A stretch of DNA of 64,000 bases from Candidatus Latescibacterota bacterium. GTDB lineage: Bacteria > Latescibacterota > UBA2968 > UBA8231. The position numbers and the translations under genes are program-made. The stretch spans positions 32,001 through 96,000 of the forward strand of contig OZ220090.1 of the NCBI GenBank assembly GCA_964291625.2. Direction: 5' to 3'. Under the pieces are notes generated by a model. That model saw only the letters and a list, made by a program, of their open reading frames with translations. It was not told the origin of the DNA and did no database searches. Numbering within the stretch: the stretch's first letter is position 1; each line of letters starts with the position of its first letter. Shown here piece by piece: positions 29,496 through 38,195 of this stretch.

Positions 29496-32400
29496 GCTTG
29501 ATCGGACTGTCGATCGTCGGCGTCACCCTGGGCATTTCCCTCCTCGCCCGGGACGTGCCCACCGAGGACTACATGCTCTCCACCTTCCAGGCGGGCCAGA
29601 GCTTCTACTCGGAGGGCGCCTACGACCAGGCGATCGAGAAGTACAGCGACGTGGGCGGCGTCCGCAGCCTCCTCCTCGACGACGCCGCCATCGTCGTCGT
29701 CGTGGGCGACGTGGAGACCACGGTCAAGGACGCGGCCATCTACCAGGTGGGCAACTCCTACTTCAAGATGTTCGAGGAGGAGTTCCAGGCCGCCGAGGCC
29801 ACGGCCAACGAGCGCCAGCAGGAACAGCGCCTCAAGAGGGCCAACGAGTACCTGGAGGAGGCGGTGAGCCACTTCTCCCGGGTCGAGAAGCGGTCCGGCT
29901 CCGAGGAGCTGCGAGTCCTCGCCATGAGTCGGATCATGACGAGCTGGTACACGGCCCGGCGCTACCAGGAGGTCATCCGCGTGGGCCGGGAGTTCGTCGA
30001 CAGGTATCCCGACAGCGCCTACCTCGTGGAGGCCCTCTACAACATCGGCTGGTCCTGGTACGAGCTCGGGGACCATGCCCGCAGCATCGAGGCCTTCACC
30101 GAGCTGACGGAGCGATTCGAGTCCGGCTTCCACGTGAGCCGGGCCCTGTTCCAGATCGGGGAGTGCTGGTACGACCAGGGCCGCTACGCCGAGGCGATCC
30201 CCTGGTACCAGCGGCTGGTGGACCGCGCCGACATCCTCGAGCTGACCGAGCAGGAGATCCAGCGGATGCAGTTCGAGAAGGTCGCCGGCCTCGTGGACGA
30301 GACCGAGTACGAGCTGACCGCCAAGGCCCAGATCCGCATCGGCGACAGCTACGGCCGGCTGGGGGAGTTCGAGCAGGCCGAGGAGTCGTACCGCGTGGTG
30401 ATCTCGGTCTTCGCCCGGGAGCGGCGCCTCGTGGAGCGCGCCTACCAGAGCCTGGCGGACATGCACTTCGAGAACCGCCGCCTGGAGCGCTGCGTCGCCG
30501 CCTACCGCGAGGCCATCGACAACATCCCGAACCGCATCTTCAAGGCGCGCATGCAGTTCCAACTGGCCAAGCGCTACGCCGAGGCGAGCCGGGAGTGGGG
30601 CGAGGACCTCTTCGACGACGCCGTCCGCGAGTACAACGTCTACCTGAAGGGCTACGCCGAGGTGGCGCACCAGGCCGGGTTCACCCCGGCCAACGCCTGG
30701 TTCGAGATCGGCCAGGCCCGCTACGCCGAGGCCGAGGGCCTCGCCCAGGCCGGGGAGGAGAGCCGCGAGGCCTACGGCCGGGCCCTGGAGGCGTACTCCA
30801 CCATCCTCGAGCAGTACTCAGACCCGAGCTTCCTCACCGCCGCCCGCTTCAACGCCGCCCTCTGCAAGCAGCGGATGGGCGGGGAAGCCGAGCTCGCCGA
30901 GGCGGTGGCGGCCTTCCGCGGCATCATCGACGAGGACCCCGCCGGCACCTACGCCCGCAGCTCGCGGTTCCAGCTGGCGCGCATGTACTTCGGCCGCGAG
31001 GAGTTCGACCGCTCGGCCGGCGTCTACGCCGAGATCATCGCCGAGGCCCGCGACTCCACCCACCTCGACATCGCCCGCTTCGAGCTGGGTCTCGTCCTGC
31101 AGAAGGGGGGCGACCTGGAGGGCGCCGTGGAGGAGTTCCTCGCCGTACGCCGCTCGGCGCCGCAGTTCTCCCTCTCCCGCCTGGAGGCGGGCCGCGCCTA
31201 CGTGAGCCTGGAGAGCTACGACCGCGCCCTGGAGGTGCTCTCCGCGGGCCTGGAGGCCGCCGGGGACGACGGCGAGCGCGCCCAGTATCACTACCTGACG
31301 GGCAAGGCCTGGGCCGGCCGGCAGGACTACGAGCCCGCCGTGGAGGCCTTCACGCGGACCATCGCCCTCACCGCCGACCCGGCCCTGGTGGAGATCGCCC
31401 GCTACGACCGGGGGACGGGCTACTCCCGCCTCGAGCGCTACGCCGAGGCGGAGAAGGACCTGCGGGTGCTGGTCGATTCGGGCAACGAGCGCATCCGCGG
31501 CCCGGCGCAGAAGATGCTCGGACTGGCCTACCTGCGCCTCGGCCGCCAGCAGGAGGCCCTGGCCAGCTACGGCCGGCTCGCCGAGACCTCCGCCGACGCC
31601 ACCGAACGGGCCGAGTACATGGTGCTCATGCTCGAGCTGTTCTTCGAGCTGGAGCAGTTCGACATGGCCATCGCCACGGGCCGGCAGATCCTCGACCAGG
31701 AGTTCGAGGACAGCCTCGAGCACAAGGACTACTGGATCGACGAGCTGGTGTACTACCTCATCGGCGAGAGCCAGTACCGCAGCGGCCAGGCCGACGCCGC
31801 CATGGCCACCTACGCCGAGGGCCTGCGGCGCTTCCCCGCCTCCTGGTACTCGCCCGACATGGCCTACGCCCTCGGCACCCTCTACTTCGAGGGCGACCGC
31901 CTCGACGACGCCACCCGCACCCTGGCCGACTTCGTGAAGCGCTTCCCGCGCTCCCCCAACGCCCTGTACGGCCGGTACTACCTCGGGTACGCCCACTTCA
32001 ACCTCAGGGAGTGGGACCAGTCCCTGGAGGCCTTCCAGGGCCTCGTGGACAGGTTCCCCGACGCCGAGGTGGCCGCCGAGGCGCTGATGCGCTCCGCCGA
32101 GAGCGCCTTCAACCTGGGCCGCTTCGACGAGGTGGCCGCCCTCTACGGGCGGCTCCTGGAGAGCTATCCCGAGTCGCCCTTCAGCGACGACGCCATGTAC
32201 AACCTCGCCTGGGCCCACTACGAGGCCAAGGACGAGGAGGCCTTCATCGCCGGCCTGGAGCGGCTGCTGAGCACCTACCCCGGCAGCGAGTTCGTCGCCG
32301 ACGCCCGGTTCACCCTCGGCGACTACTACTTCAACAAGGAGGAGTACGAGAGGGCCCAGAGCGAGTACCAGGTCGTGCTCGCCGAGCACGGCGGCTCGGC

Positions 32401-32773
32401 CATCGCCCGCGAGGTCCCCGAGGTTCTGCGCAAGGTCCGCGAGATCATCGCCTACAACGAGTACGAGCGGGCCATGGCGGTCTTCAGCGAGGGCCTGAGC
32501 CTCGACAAGGAGGCCAGGGGGGACGAAGCCGTGCGCAAGTTCGAGGAGGCCGCCCCCCTCTTCGTAGCCCTCATGGAGAAGTACCCCGGCACCGAGGTCG
32601 AGGTCGGCGCCCTGAGCAATCTCGGCATCTGCTACGAGTTCCTGCGCCGGTGGCAGGAGGCGGTGCAGACCTACGACAAGGTCATCGCCCTCTACGAGCA
32701 GGAGAAGGCGAGCCAGGAGGCGTTCCAGTTCGCCAAGGGCCACCGCGACTGGATCGTCACCTCCCGGCTCTGA
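29492..32773 (+). CDS. Large periplasmic TPR protein (BamD/CpoB-like repeats)
   Basis: Signal-like N-terminus; many repeats with (F/Y)P.S....A.Y..G. Confidence 0.85.
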   Translation: MSLIGLSIVGVTLGISLLARDVPTEDYMLSTFQAGQSFYSEGAYDQAIEKYSDVGGVRSLLLDDAAIVVVVGDVETTVKDAAIYQVGNSYFKMFEEEFQAAEATANERQQEQRLKRANEYLEEAVSHFSRVEKRSGSEELRVLAMSRIMTSWYTARRYQEVIRVGREFVDRYPDSAYLVEALYNIGWSWYELGDHARSIEAFTELTERFESGFHVSRALFQIGECWYDQGRYAEAIPWYQRLVDRADILELTEQEIQRMQFEKVAGLVDETEYELTAKAQIRIGDSYGRLGEFEQAEESYRVVISVFARERRLVERAYQSLADMHFENRRLERCVAAYREAIDNIPNRIFKARMQFQLAKRYAEASREWGEDLFDDAVREYNVYLKGYAEVAHQAGFTPANAWFEIGQARYAEAEGLAQAGEESREAYGRALEAYSTILEQYSDPSFLTAARFNAALCKQRMGGEAELAEAVAAFRGIIDEDPAGTYARSSRFQLARMYFGREEFDRSAGVYAEIIAEARDSTHLDIARFELGLVLQKGGDLEGAVEEFLAVRRSAPQFSLSRLEAGRAYVSLESYDRALEVLSAGLEAAGDDGERAQYHYLTGKAWAGRQDYEPAVEAFTRTIALTADPALVEIARYDRGTGYSRLERYAEAEKDLRVLVDSGNERIRGPAQKMLGLAYLRLGRQQEALASYGRLAETSADATERAEYMVLMLELFFELEQFDMAIATGRQILDQEFEDSLEHKDYWIDELVYYLIGESQYRSGQADAAMATYAEGLRRFPASWYSPDMAYALGTLYFEGDRLDDATRTLADFVKRFPRSPNALYGRYYLGYAHFNLREWDQSLEAFQGLVDRFPDAEVAAEALMRSAESAFNLGRFDEVAALYGRLLESYPESPFSDDAMYNLAWAHYEAKDEEAFIAGLERLLSTYPGSEFVADARFTLGDYYFNKEEYERAQSEYQVVLAEHGGSAIAREVPEVLRKVREIIAYNEYERAMAVFSEGLSLDKEARGDEAVRKFEEAAPLFVALMEKYPGTEVEVGALSNLGICYEFLRRWQEAVQTYDKVIALYEQEKASQEAFQFAKGHRDWIVTSRL

Positions 32774-32795
32774 TGAAGCAAGGAAAGGGTGAGAA

Positions 32796-33584
32796 ATGAA
32801 CTCCCGGCGAAAGTCGATCTGTCGGATCCTGGTGTGCTGCGCCCCCCTGGCCGCGGCGGGGTGCATCATCTTCCCGCCCAAGATCCACTACAACTCCTAC
32901 ATGGTCCCCGCCACCCAGGCCGGCGAGGTCTACCGCACCGAGGAGGACGGCTCCATCTCCTACGTCATGGAGGGGCTCCGCCTCAACGTGCGTTTCCTCA
33001 CCGACGCCGAGCTGAACGCCCTGCTGCCGGAGGACTCCGTCAAGGGGAAGTACTCCACGAACCCCTACACCTACGGCGACCACGTGGACGGCGACGTGGG
33101 CTACATCCCCGACCGCTTCACCACCTTCCGGGTCAGCGTCTTCAACCAGACCTTCGCCAAGGTGCAGCTCAACCCCATCGAGGTCGTCCTGCTCACCGAC
33201 CAGGGCGAGGAGCTGAACTCCTACGGCATTCCCTCCACCTCGCCCTTCAAGAGCTTCGAGCGCTACTACCGGGGCCTGAGAGGGCAGAGCGGCAACGAGT
33301 TCTACCGCTTCGAGGTGCGCATGGGGCACGTGCGCAGCCTCAACTACGCCGAGAGCCAGCCGATCTTCAAGGGCGAGAACTACAGCGGCCTCATCGCCTT
33401 CGACGCCCTCGACCGCGACGTGCGCCGCGTGCGCCTCGTGCTCAGGGAGTTCACCCTCAAGTTCGACGAGTTCGGCGTGCCCCTGGAGACGATCGACTGC
33501 CGCTTCGACTTCCGCCGCGAGATCGAGATGTGGGAGGTGGAGGAAGAGGACGAGACGCTGGTCAGCGACAGGGGCCAGTCCTGA
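32796..33584 (+). CDS. Putative lipoprotein, unknown function
   Basis: Lipobox AAGC; codon usage consistent with coding DNA. Confidence 0.65.
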   Translation: MNSRRKSICRILVCCAPLAAAGCIIFPPKIHYNSYMVPATQAGEVYRTEEDGSISYVMEGLRLNVRFLTDAELNALLPEDSVKGKYSTNPYTYGDHVDGDVGYIPDRFTTFRVSVFNQTFAKVQLNPIEVVLLTDQGEELNSYGIPSTSPFKSFERYYRGLRGQSGNEFYRFEVRMGHVRSLNYAESQPIFKGENYSGLIAFDALDRDVRRVRLVLREFTLKFDEFGVPLETIDCRFDFRREIEMWEVEEEDETLVSDRGQS

Positions 33585-33593
33585 AGCCGCCCC

Positions 33594-34526
33594 GTGCCAG
33601 AGGCGACTAGGCCCTGCCGGCCGCTTCCCTCGCGGCCGGTCAAGCTGTTCCTGCTGCTCCTTCTTCTGTATCCGGTCTGCTCCCCGGCCGCCCAGCGGGG
33701 GGAGCGGATCCTGGTGATCCCCTTCGAGGACCACAGCGAGTTCCGCGGCACCTGGGACCTCCGGCAGGGGGTCCCGCAACTGCTGAGCGAGTTGCTGCGC
33801 GAGGGCGGCGCCTTCGAGGTCCTGCCCTTCGACACCCTCGCCGCTCCGGCCGCCGGGGCCGGGGGCGCCTCCAGGCTGGACCGGGCACTGCAGGCCGGCC
33901 GCGAGGCCGGCGCCGACCTGGTTCTCGGCGGCCGGATCCACCACTTCGCCATCAAGCGCTTCAACGTCGGCAGCCCCCTCGTGGGCGGGTTCACCTCCTA
34001 TTCCGTCCTCGTCGAGGTCGACGCCCGCCTGACGCGGGTCCTCACGGGGTCCCGCGACGGGGAGGAGGTCAGCGGCCGGGCGGAGGTCAAGGACAAGGAC
34101 CTGGGCCTGACCCTGCTGGGCCGGACCACCGAGACCGAGGCCGCCCTCGCCCGCCTCAACGAGGTCCCCTTCGGGGCGCCGGAGTTCCGCGAGACGATCG
34201 TCGGCGCCGCCACCCTCGACGCCCTCGGCCAGGTCGCCGGGGAGCTGTCGGCCCTGGTCGTGGTCTCGGCGGTGGAGGGGAAGGTCCTCAGCCTCGAGGA
34301 GGACGGGGGATTCGTGGACCTCGGCCTGGCCGACCGGGTCGAGGCCGGCTACCGGCTGGCCGTGCACTCCCGGCGGGACACGCAACGGGTGGGCACGGTG
34401 CAGATCGTCGAGGTCTTCGCGCCTCACCTGTCGAGGTTCCACACCCTCGAGGGCGGGGGGGCCATCGAGGCGGGGGATCTCCTTCGTTCCCCGCCTGAGG
34501 GCGACTCCTGGAGGGGAGATCGATGA
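33594..34526 (+). CDS. CsgG/HfaB-like protein with FlgT C-terminal-like beta domain
   Basis: ILVIPFED..GVPQLLSELL..GADLVLGGRI..VEVDARL..TG; then VEGKVL..FVDLG..RVEAG..VGTVQIVEV. Confidence 0.55.
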   Translation: MPEATRPCRPLPSRPVKLFLLLLLLYPVCSPAAQRGERILVIPFEDHSEFRGTWDLRQGVPQLLSELLREGGAFEVLPFDTLAAPAAGAGGASRLDRALQAGREAGADLVLGGRIHHFAIKRFNVGSPLVGGFTSYSVLVEVDARLTRVLTGSRDGEEVSGRAEVKDKDLGLTLLGRTTETEAALARLNEVPFGAPEFRETIVGAATLDALGQVAGELSALVVVSAVEGKVLSLEEDGGFVDLGLADRVEAGYRLAVHSRRDTQRVGTVQIVEVFAPHLSRFHTLEGGGAIEAGDLLRSPPEGDSWRGDR

Positions 34527-36361
34527 GCGCCGACGCGCGGGATCTCGAGCCGACCTGGGCCGATCGCACCGACGACGTCGACGCAAGGGTCGAGATGCTG
34601 CGGCGGGCGCTGCGCACGGGGAACCACGAGCTGGCCCTGGGCCTGGCCGCCTCCATCAAGGAGACCGTCGCCAACGAGCGCATGATGGGCGCCGACCCGG
34701 GCCCCGCCGCCCTGCCCGGCCACTGCTGGCAGCCGGCCGGGCGGCTGCCGGCGCCCTGGTCCCGATGGGCCGACGGCTGGGAGCTGTGGCAGAGCGTGCG
34801 CCTCAGGGAGACGATCGGCCAGCCGCGGCAGGCCGAGCCCCTGGATCTCCTCGTCGGCATGCCCGCGGAGAGGGTGGCCTCGCCGCAACGGGAGCTGCGG
34901 GTTGCACGGCTCGAGGACGGCCGGCCGTGCGAGGTCCGCAGCCAGGTCTACGGCGAGGTCCGCCGGGGGCCGAACTGGTTCGCCCACCTGGTCTTCGAGG
35001 CCGATGTCCCCGCCGCCGGCGAGGCCGTCTTCCTCGTCTTCTGCGGCAACCCGGCCGCCGAGCTGCCGGACTACCCGAGCCGCCTCGGCATCCGCGGCGA
35101 AGGGATCGGCCTGGAGATCGAGACCCCCCACTACGTGGCCACCCTCTCCCGGCAGATGGGTCAGCTGGAGTCCCTGACGCCCAGATGGCACCTGGGCGGG
35201 CTGCGGTTGTCCACCCACGGGGACGGCCACGGCGAGCCCCCCAACCTCGACTGGGCCCACGACTACACCACGGCCGGGGCTTTCCAGAAGATGCGGGTGA
35301 CGAACTGGGCCGAGTGCCCCCATTACGAAGTGGTGCGCGGTCCCTTGTGCGCCATCGTGCGGCGCTTCGGCTTTCCCCACAGCCCGGTGCATCCGCTGTT
35401 CACGCCCAGCCGCCTGTTCATGGACCTGACCTACACCTTCTACGCCGGCGTCCCCTGGTTCCTCAAGGACGGCCGCATGGAGGCGACGCGCGATTTCTGC
35501 GCCCACGTGGCCCGCGACGACGAGTGGTACTTCGGCGGCCGGCCCTTCGACGCCTCCCTGTGGATGGACAGGGAAGGCCGCGTCCACGAGGGCCCGGTGC
35601 CGCCGGAGCAGATCGACCACGTCTGGGGCGCCGGCTTCTACCATCGCCAGAGCCGGGACAGCATCTTCGCCATCTACCTGGACCATCGTCTCGAGGGATC
35701 GCCCGGCGCCGGACCGGAGGGCACGACCCCGGCGAGGCTCCATCAGCGCCTCGACATCACCCTCGACCATGCCAGGCCGGGCGAGCCGCCCCACGCCTCG
35801 GTCTGGTGCCGTCCCATGTTGCGCGACAGCGCCTGGCTGCAGGCCGGAACGGCCCTCGTGCAGCGCAACGCCTACCTGCTGGCGCCCTATCCCCGGCCGG
35901 GCGGCGCCGCGGGACTGGAAGCCCTGCGCCAACGCCTGCTGTCGCCGCTGGTGGCCGAAGCCGACGGGACGCCGCCGCCGGCCCCGGCCGGCGGGGCCTC
36001 GGAGGCGGCACAACCTCTGGCTCGGGTCGGCGAGCGCCCCGTGGACCGGCCGCGGAAACGCGCCCTCTGGGAGGCGATGGCGGAGGTTCGCGAGGACCAG
36101 CTGTACGCCGGCGCCGCCAGCCTGGTCGACATGGGCTACATCTACGACGTGCGCACACGCGGCGACGACGTGCGCGTGGTGATGACGATGCCCCACCGGG
36201 GGCGGCCGAAGTACGACTTTCTCGCCAAACCGCTGAGGGCGCGGCTGGAACAGCTGCCGGGCGTCGGCTCCGTCGTCGTCGAGCTGACCTGGGAGCCGCC
36301 GTGGACACCCAACCGCCTCACCGACGCCGGCCGCCGCCTGATGGGTCTGGCCGACGGCTGA
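34523..36361 (+). CDS. Hypothetical protein with C-terminal DUF59 (FeS_assembly_P/PaaD-like) domain
   Basis: C-terminus LWEAMAEV...SLVDMGYIYDV..VVMTM...VELTWEPPWTPNRLTDAGRRLMG. Confidence 0.65.
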   Translation: MSADARDLEPTWADRTDDVDARVEMLRRALRTGNHELALGLAASIKETVANERMMGADPGPAALPGHCWQPAGRLPAPWSRWADGWELWQSVRLRETIGQPRQAEPLDLLVGMPAERVASPQRELRVARLEDGRPCEVRSQVYGEVRRGPNWFAHLVFEADVPAAGEAVFLVFCGNPAAELPDYPSRLGIRGEGIGLEIETPHYVATLSRQMGQLESLTPRWHLGGLRLSTHGDGHGEPPNLDWAHDYTTAGAFQKMRVTNWAECPHYEVVRGPLCAIVRRFGFPHSPVHPLFTPSRLFMDLTYTFYAGVPWFLKDGRMEATRDFCAHVARDDEWYFGGRPFDASLWMDREGRVHEGPVPPEQIDHVWGAGFYHRQSRDSIFAIYLDHRLEGSPGAGPEGTTPARLHQRLDITLDHARPGEPPHASVWCRPMLRDSAWLQAGTALVQRNAYLLAPYPRPGGAAGLEALRQRLLSPLVAEADGTPPPAPAGGASEAAQPLARVGERPVDRPRKRALWEAMAEVREDQLYAGAASLVDMGYIYDVRTRGDDVRVVMTMPHRGRPKYDFLAKPLRARLEQLPGVGSVVVELTWEPPWTPNRLTDAGRRLMGLADG

Positions 36362-36504
36362 CGAGCCGCAGGCGGCGCCGGCAAGCGTCTCGCCGAGGGT
36401 TGCCTGTCCCGCCCGGCGACGGGACGCGCAAATCGCGGCCGCAGCGGGCTGCACGGACGCCGGCGGGCCCATGCCCGGCACCCGTTTTCTGCTGGTGCGG
36501 CGTC

Positions 36505-36540
36505 TGGACCGGGGTCGGCCGGCGGGGTATATTCGCGAAT
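36505..36540 (+). promoter_or_regulatory. Putative sigma70 promoter with overlapping 10-bp palindrome
   Basis: TGGACC (36505-36510), 17 bp, TATATT (36528-36533); ATTCGCGAAT at 36531-36540. Confidence 0.4.
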
Positions 36541-36570
36541 CACCCCACGCCGCCATCACATTCGATTCGA

Positions 36571-36927
36571 GTGTCCGCAGATCTCCTCCGCCGACTCTTC
36601 CACCTCACCCGCGCCCGCGTCGGCTCCCGGTCGCCCCCGCCGTCCAACGGCGATGAACCGATTCACGACCGGCCGGGTGATCCCGGGCCGGCCACGCCGG
36701 TACCGGACGAGAAGCTGGCCGGGTACTACGCCAACCTCGAGATTCCCTACGGTTCGGATCTGGCCACCGTGCGCGCGGCCTGGAAGGACCTGATGAAGAA
36801 GTACCACCCCGACCTCCACGGCGCCGACCCCGAGAAGCAGCGGCTGGCCGGCGAGATCACCGCCAGACTGACACGAGCCTGTCAGGAGCTGGAGGCGGCC
36901 CTGGAGCGGGGCAACGGGAGAGGCTGA
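36571..36927 (+). CDS. Small J-domain (DnaJ-like) protein
   Basis: GTG 36571; YYANLEI..VRAAWKDLMKKYHPDLH with the HPD motif. It is the 3' end of shadow ORF 34765-36927. Confidence 0.75.
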   Translation: MSADLLRRLFHLTRARVGSRSPPPSNGDEPIHDRPGDPGPATPVPDEKLAGYYANLEIPYGSDLATVRAAWKDLMKKYHPDLHGADPEKQRLAGEITARLTRACQELEAALERGNGRG

Positions 36928-37000
36928 ACGCGGTGCGGCGCCAACCACGTCAAAGCCGGCGGTCCGTGGCCGCCGCAACCGAGCAGATTCGCGAGGGCCC

Positions 37001-37396
37001 ATGACAGATCACTTCGAGCGCGTCAAGGAGTACATACTGGAGCTGGGTTTCTCCATCGACGAGGAGATCCCCGAGGAAGAGATCGTCGTCATCAACGACG
37101 CGGAGCGCGGCATTCACGAGCTGGTCATCGACTGCGAGGACGACCTGGTCGTGCTGGAGCAGCTTATCCTCAAGTTCGAGGGGGAGGTGCCGGCGGCCGT
37201 CTACCGCCGCATCCTGCAGATGAACCGCAGCCTCGTCTTCGGCGCCTTCATCCTCAACGAGGACGGGAACCTCCTCCTCTACCGCAACACCCTGGCCCTC
37301 GACAACCTCGACCTGAACGAACTCGAGACGACCATCAACGCCCTCAGTCTGGGCCTGGCGGAAAACGGCGACGAGCTCCTCGGCTTCCTCGCCTGA
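37001..37396 (+). CDS. YbjN/CesT-like chaperone-fold protein
   Basis: Acidic 131 aa; ILQMNRSLVFGAFIL..LLYRNTL..LDLNELE; directly upstream of pspA. Confidence 0.7.
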   Translation: MTDHFERVKEYILELGFSIDEEIPEEEIVVINDAERGIHELVIDCEDDLVVLEQLILKFEGEVPAAVYRRILQMNRSLVFGAFILNEDGNLLLYRNTLALDNLDLNELETTINALSLGLAENGDELLGFLA

Positions 37397-37441
37397 GCCG
37401 GCTCGCACCGAGTCTTTCACCACGACACAAGGAAGTCGGAA

Positions 37442-38149
37442 ATGGCTGGCATCTTCAATCGCCTCTTCAAAGCGGGTGAGGCCGAGGCCCACGCCCTCGT
37501 CGACAAGCTCGAGGACCCCATCAAGATGAGCGAGCAGGCCGTTCGCGACCTGCGCAAGGACCTGCAGGAGAGCCTCAGGAGCCTGGGCGAGGTCAAGTCG
37601 CTGGCGATTCGCATGGCCAAGGACGCCGAGGACGCCAAGCGCCTGGCCGGGGACTACGAGCGCAAGGCGATGCTGCTGCTGCAGCGGGGGCAGGCCGGCG
37701 AGGTCGACAACGCCGAGGCGGAGAGGCTCGCCATGGAGGCCCTGAGCCGCAAGGAGGAAGCGGCCGCCCGGGCGCTGCAGGCGACCGAGCAGGCCCAGCA
37801 GCAGCAGCAGATGGTGGACAGCCTCCAGAACAACGTCAATCAGCTCAAGTCGAAGGTCGCTTCCTACGAGAACGACCTGGTCATGCTCAAGGCCCGGGCG
37901 CGGACGGCCAATGCCACGCGCAAGATCAACCAGCGCCTGTCCAACGTCGACACCAACGGCACCGTGGCCCTCCTCGAGCGCATGAAGGAGAAGGTCTCCG
38001 AAGAGGAGGCCCTGGGGCAGGCCTACGGCGAGATGGCCGACGCGGGCGGCTCCGTGGACGAGGAGATCGACAAGGCCCTGGCCAGCGGCAGCCCGGGCAA
38101 GTCCCAGGACTCGCTGGCCGAGCTCAAGTCCAAGATGGGCATCAGCTGA
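37442..38149 (+). CDS. pspA: PspA/IM30 family protein
   Basis: MAGIFNRLF amphipathic helix, KLEDPIKM.EQ, coiled coil, LKARARTA, LERMKEKV, LAELKSKMG. Confidence 0.9.
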   Translation: MAGIFNRLFKAGEAEAHALVDKLEDPIKMSEQAVRDLRKDLQESLRSLGEVKSLAIRMAKDAEDAKRLAGDYERKAMLLLQRGQAGEVDNAEAERLAMEALSRKEEAAARALQATEQAQQQQQMVDSLQNNVNQLKSKVASYENDLVMLKARARTANATRKINQRLSNVDTNGTVALLERMKEKVSEEEALGQAYGEMADAGGSVDEEIDKALASGSPGKSQDSLAELKSKMGIS

Positions 38150-38195
38150 CGGGGGCCGCGCCAGCGGTTCCCTGCCACACAGAGTACCCCCACCC

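Noticed and set aside
28380-32700. Periodic sequence repeats
   Set aside because: Protein-level TPR repeats, not CRISPR or DNA repeats.
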